From Octopus sinensis (Eukaryota), in the NCBI RefSeq assembly GCF_006345805.1, contig NW_021832435.1:53392-117391 (forward strand): DNA of 64,000 nt. Reading direction: 5' to 3'. Positions within the stretch are counted from its first letter, which is position 1, and each line of letters starts with the position of its first letter. The position numbers and the translations under genes are program-made. Below are positions 62,761 through 64,000 of the stretch, one piece after another. Under the pieces are notes generated by a model that was not told the DNA's origin, did not search any database, and worked only from the letters and a program-made list of their open reading frames with translations.

Positions 62761-63150
62761 GAATGTAAAAGTCTGAAATGATATACAGGGATGCATTCTG
62801 TTAAACCATTTTGGTCCCAACCTACCTGGTTGTTTGATACACACTTTTTATTTTAAGGGGATCTAAATTAGAAAATCTTGCATCAAACTTTCATGTCAGT
62901 TTATGTTCCAAACATCAGGTTAATAATAATGATAAAGTTCTCTTACTCTTTTCGGTCATTAGACTGTGGCCATGCTGGGGCATTGCTTCGAAGAATTTCA
63001 GTTGAATGAATTGACCCCATCATCATTAAGGTCTGCTTTCCATGCTGGCTTGGGTTTGATGATTTTTTTCTTTTGCTCATGGACCCCTTCGATTCCTGTT
63101 TTACTCAGATGGATCCTCATAGCCAGTCATTGTTTTTAAAAAAATCCTGT

Positions 63151-63549
63151 TGCTCTGTGGTAAGTAGCTTGTTTGCCAACCACATGGTTCTGGGTTCAGT
63201 CCCCCTGCGTGGCACCTTGGGCAAGTATCTTCTACTATAGCTCGGGCCGACCAAAGCCTTGTGAGTGGATTTGGTAGACGGAAACTGAAGAAGCCCGTCG
63301 TATATGTTATATATCTTATATATATATGTATGCATGTGTGTTGTCTGTGTTTGTCCCCCTGGCCATTGCTTGACAACCAATGCTGGTGTGTTTACGTCCC
63401 CGTCACTTAGCGGTTCGGCAAAAGAGACCGATAGAATAAGTACTGGGCTTACAAAGAATAAGTCCCGGGGTCGATTTGCTCGACTAAAGGCGGTGCTCCA
63501 GCATGGCCGTAGTCAAATGACTGAAACAAGTAAAAGAGTAAAAGAGTAA
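63151..63549 (+). mobile_element. SINE family A
   Basis: Near-full copy. Confidence 0.9.
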
Positions 63550-63813
63550 ATATCATCAGGAATTGTATATAAGTACAGTAACCCCTTGACTATCATGGGT
63601 GTTACATTCCAAAAACCCCTGCAATAGGTGAAAATCTGCAAAGTAGAAACAATACTACACTGTATATATTTTGTTATCCTTTTTATAATTTGTATATAGT
63701 TATTTTATTATAAATGCAAAACAACACAGAGGAATCGATGTAAGCTTAAATAATAAACCTCCATAGGAGAACCTATTATTGTAATTGTTAAAATATTTTG
63801 TTTATTATTATAG

Positions 63814-64000
63814 GCATAGGAGTGGCTCTGTGGTAAGTAGCTAGCTTACCAACCACATGGTTCCAAGTGTCTTCTACTATAGCCTCGAGCCAACCAAAGC
63901 CTTGTGAGTGGATTTGGTAGATGGAAACTGAAAGAAGCCCATCACATATATATGTATATCTTGTGTGTTTGTCCCCTACCATCGCTTGACAAACTGATGA
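63814..64000 (+). mobile_element. SINE family A, cut by the window edge
   Basis: A box, internal deletion, then body. Confidence 0.8.

Overview
AT-rich, repeat-saturated eukaryotic DNA. The SINE families and microsatellite load point to octopus (coleoid cephalopod) intronic or intergenic sequence; this is from recognition of the repeat families, not a database search. No protein-coding gene can be called with confidence: nearly all ORFs in the track come from microsatellites or SINEs, and the few protein-like ones are C-terminal relics of RTE and CR1/L2-type LINEs. The window holds about 30 copies of a tRNA-derived SINE with an internal (TA)n(TG)n tract, about 20 Nin/Deu-domain SINEs (several as head-less concatemers), two or more other tRNA SINEs, (GAT)n- and (GGAT)n-tailed RTE 3' ends, piggyBac-, pogo- and hAT-type MITEs, and two Helitrons. 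The main result is four structurally different minimal type I hammerhead-ribozyme folds (29.4, 29.8, 32.1 and 35.0 kb), each with a palindromic or near-palindromic stem III as in dimer-cleaving hammerheads of Penelope-like elements. One lies in the tail of a tRNA-headed SINE, one has a compensatory G3:C8 core swap, and one is doubled in a 165-bp palindrome. All folds were derived by eye and need in vitro testing.
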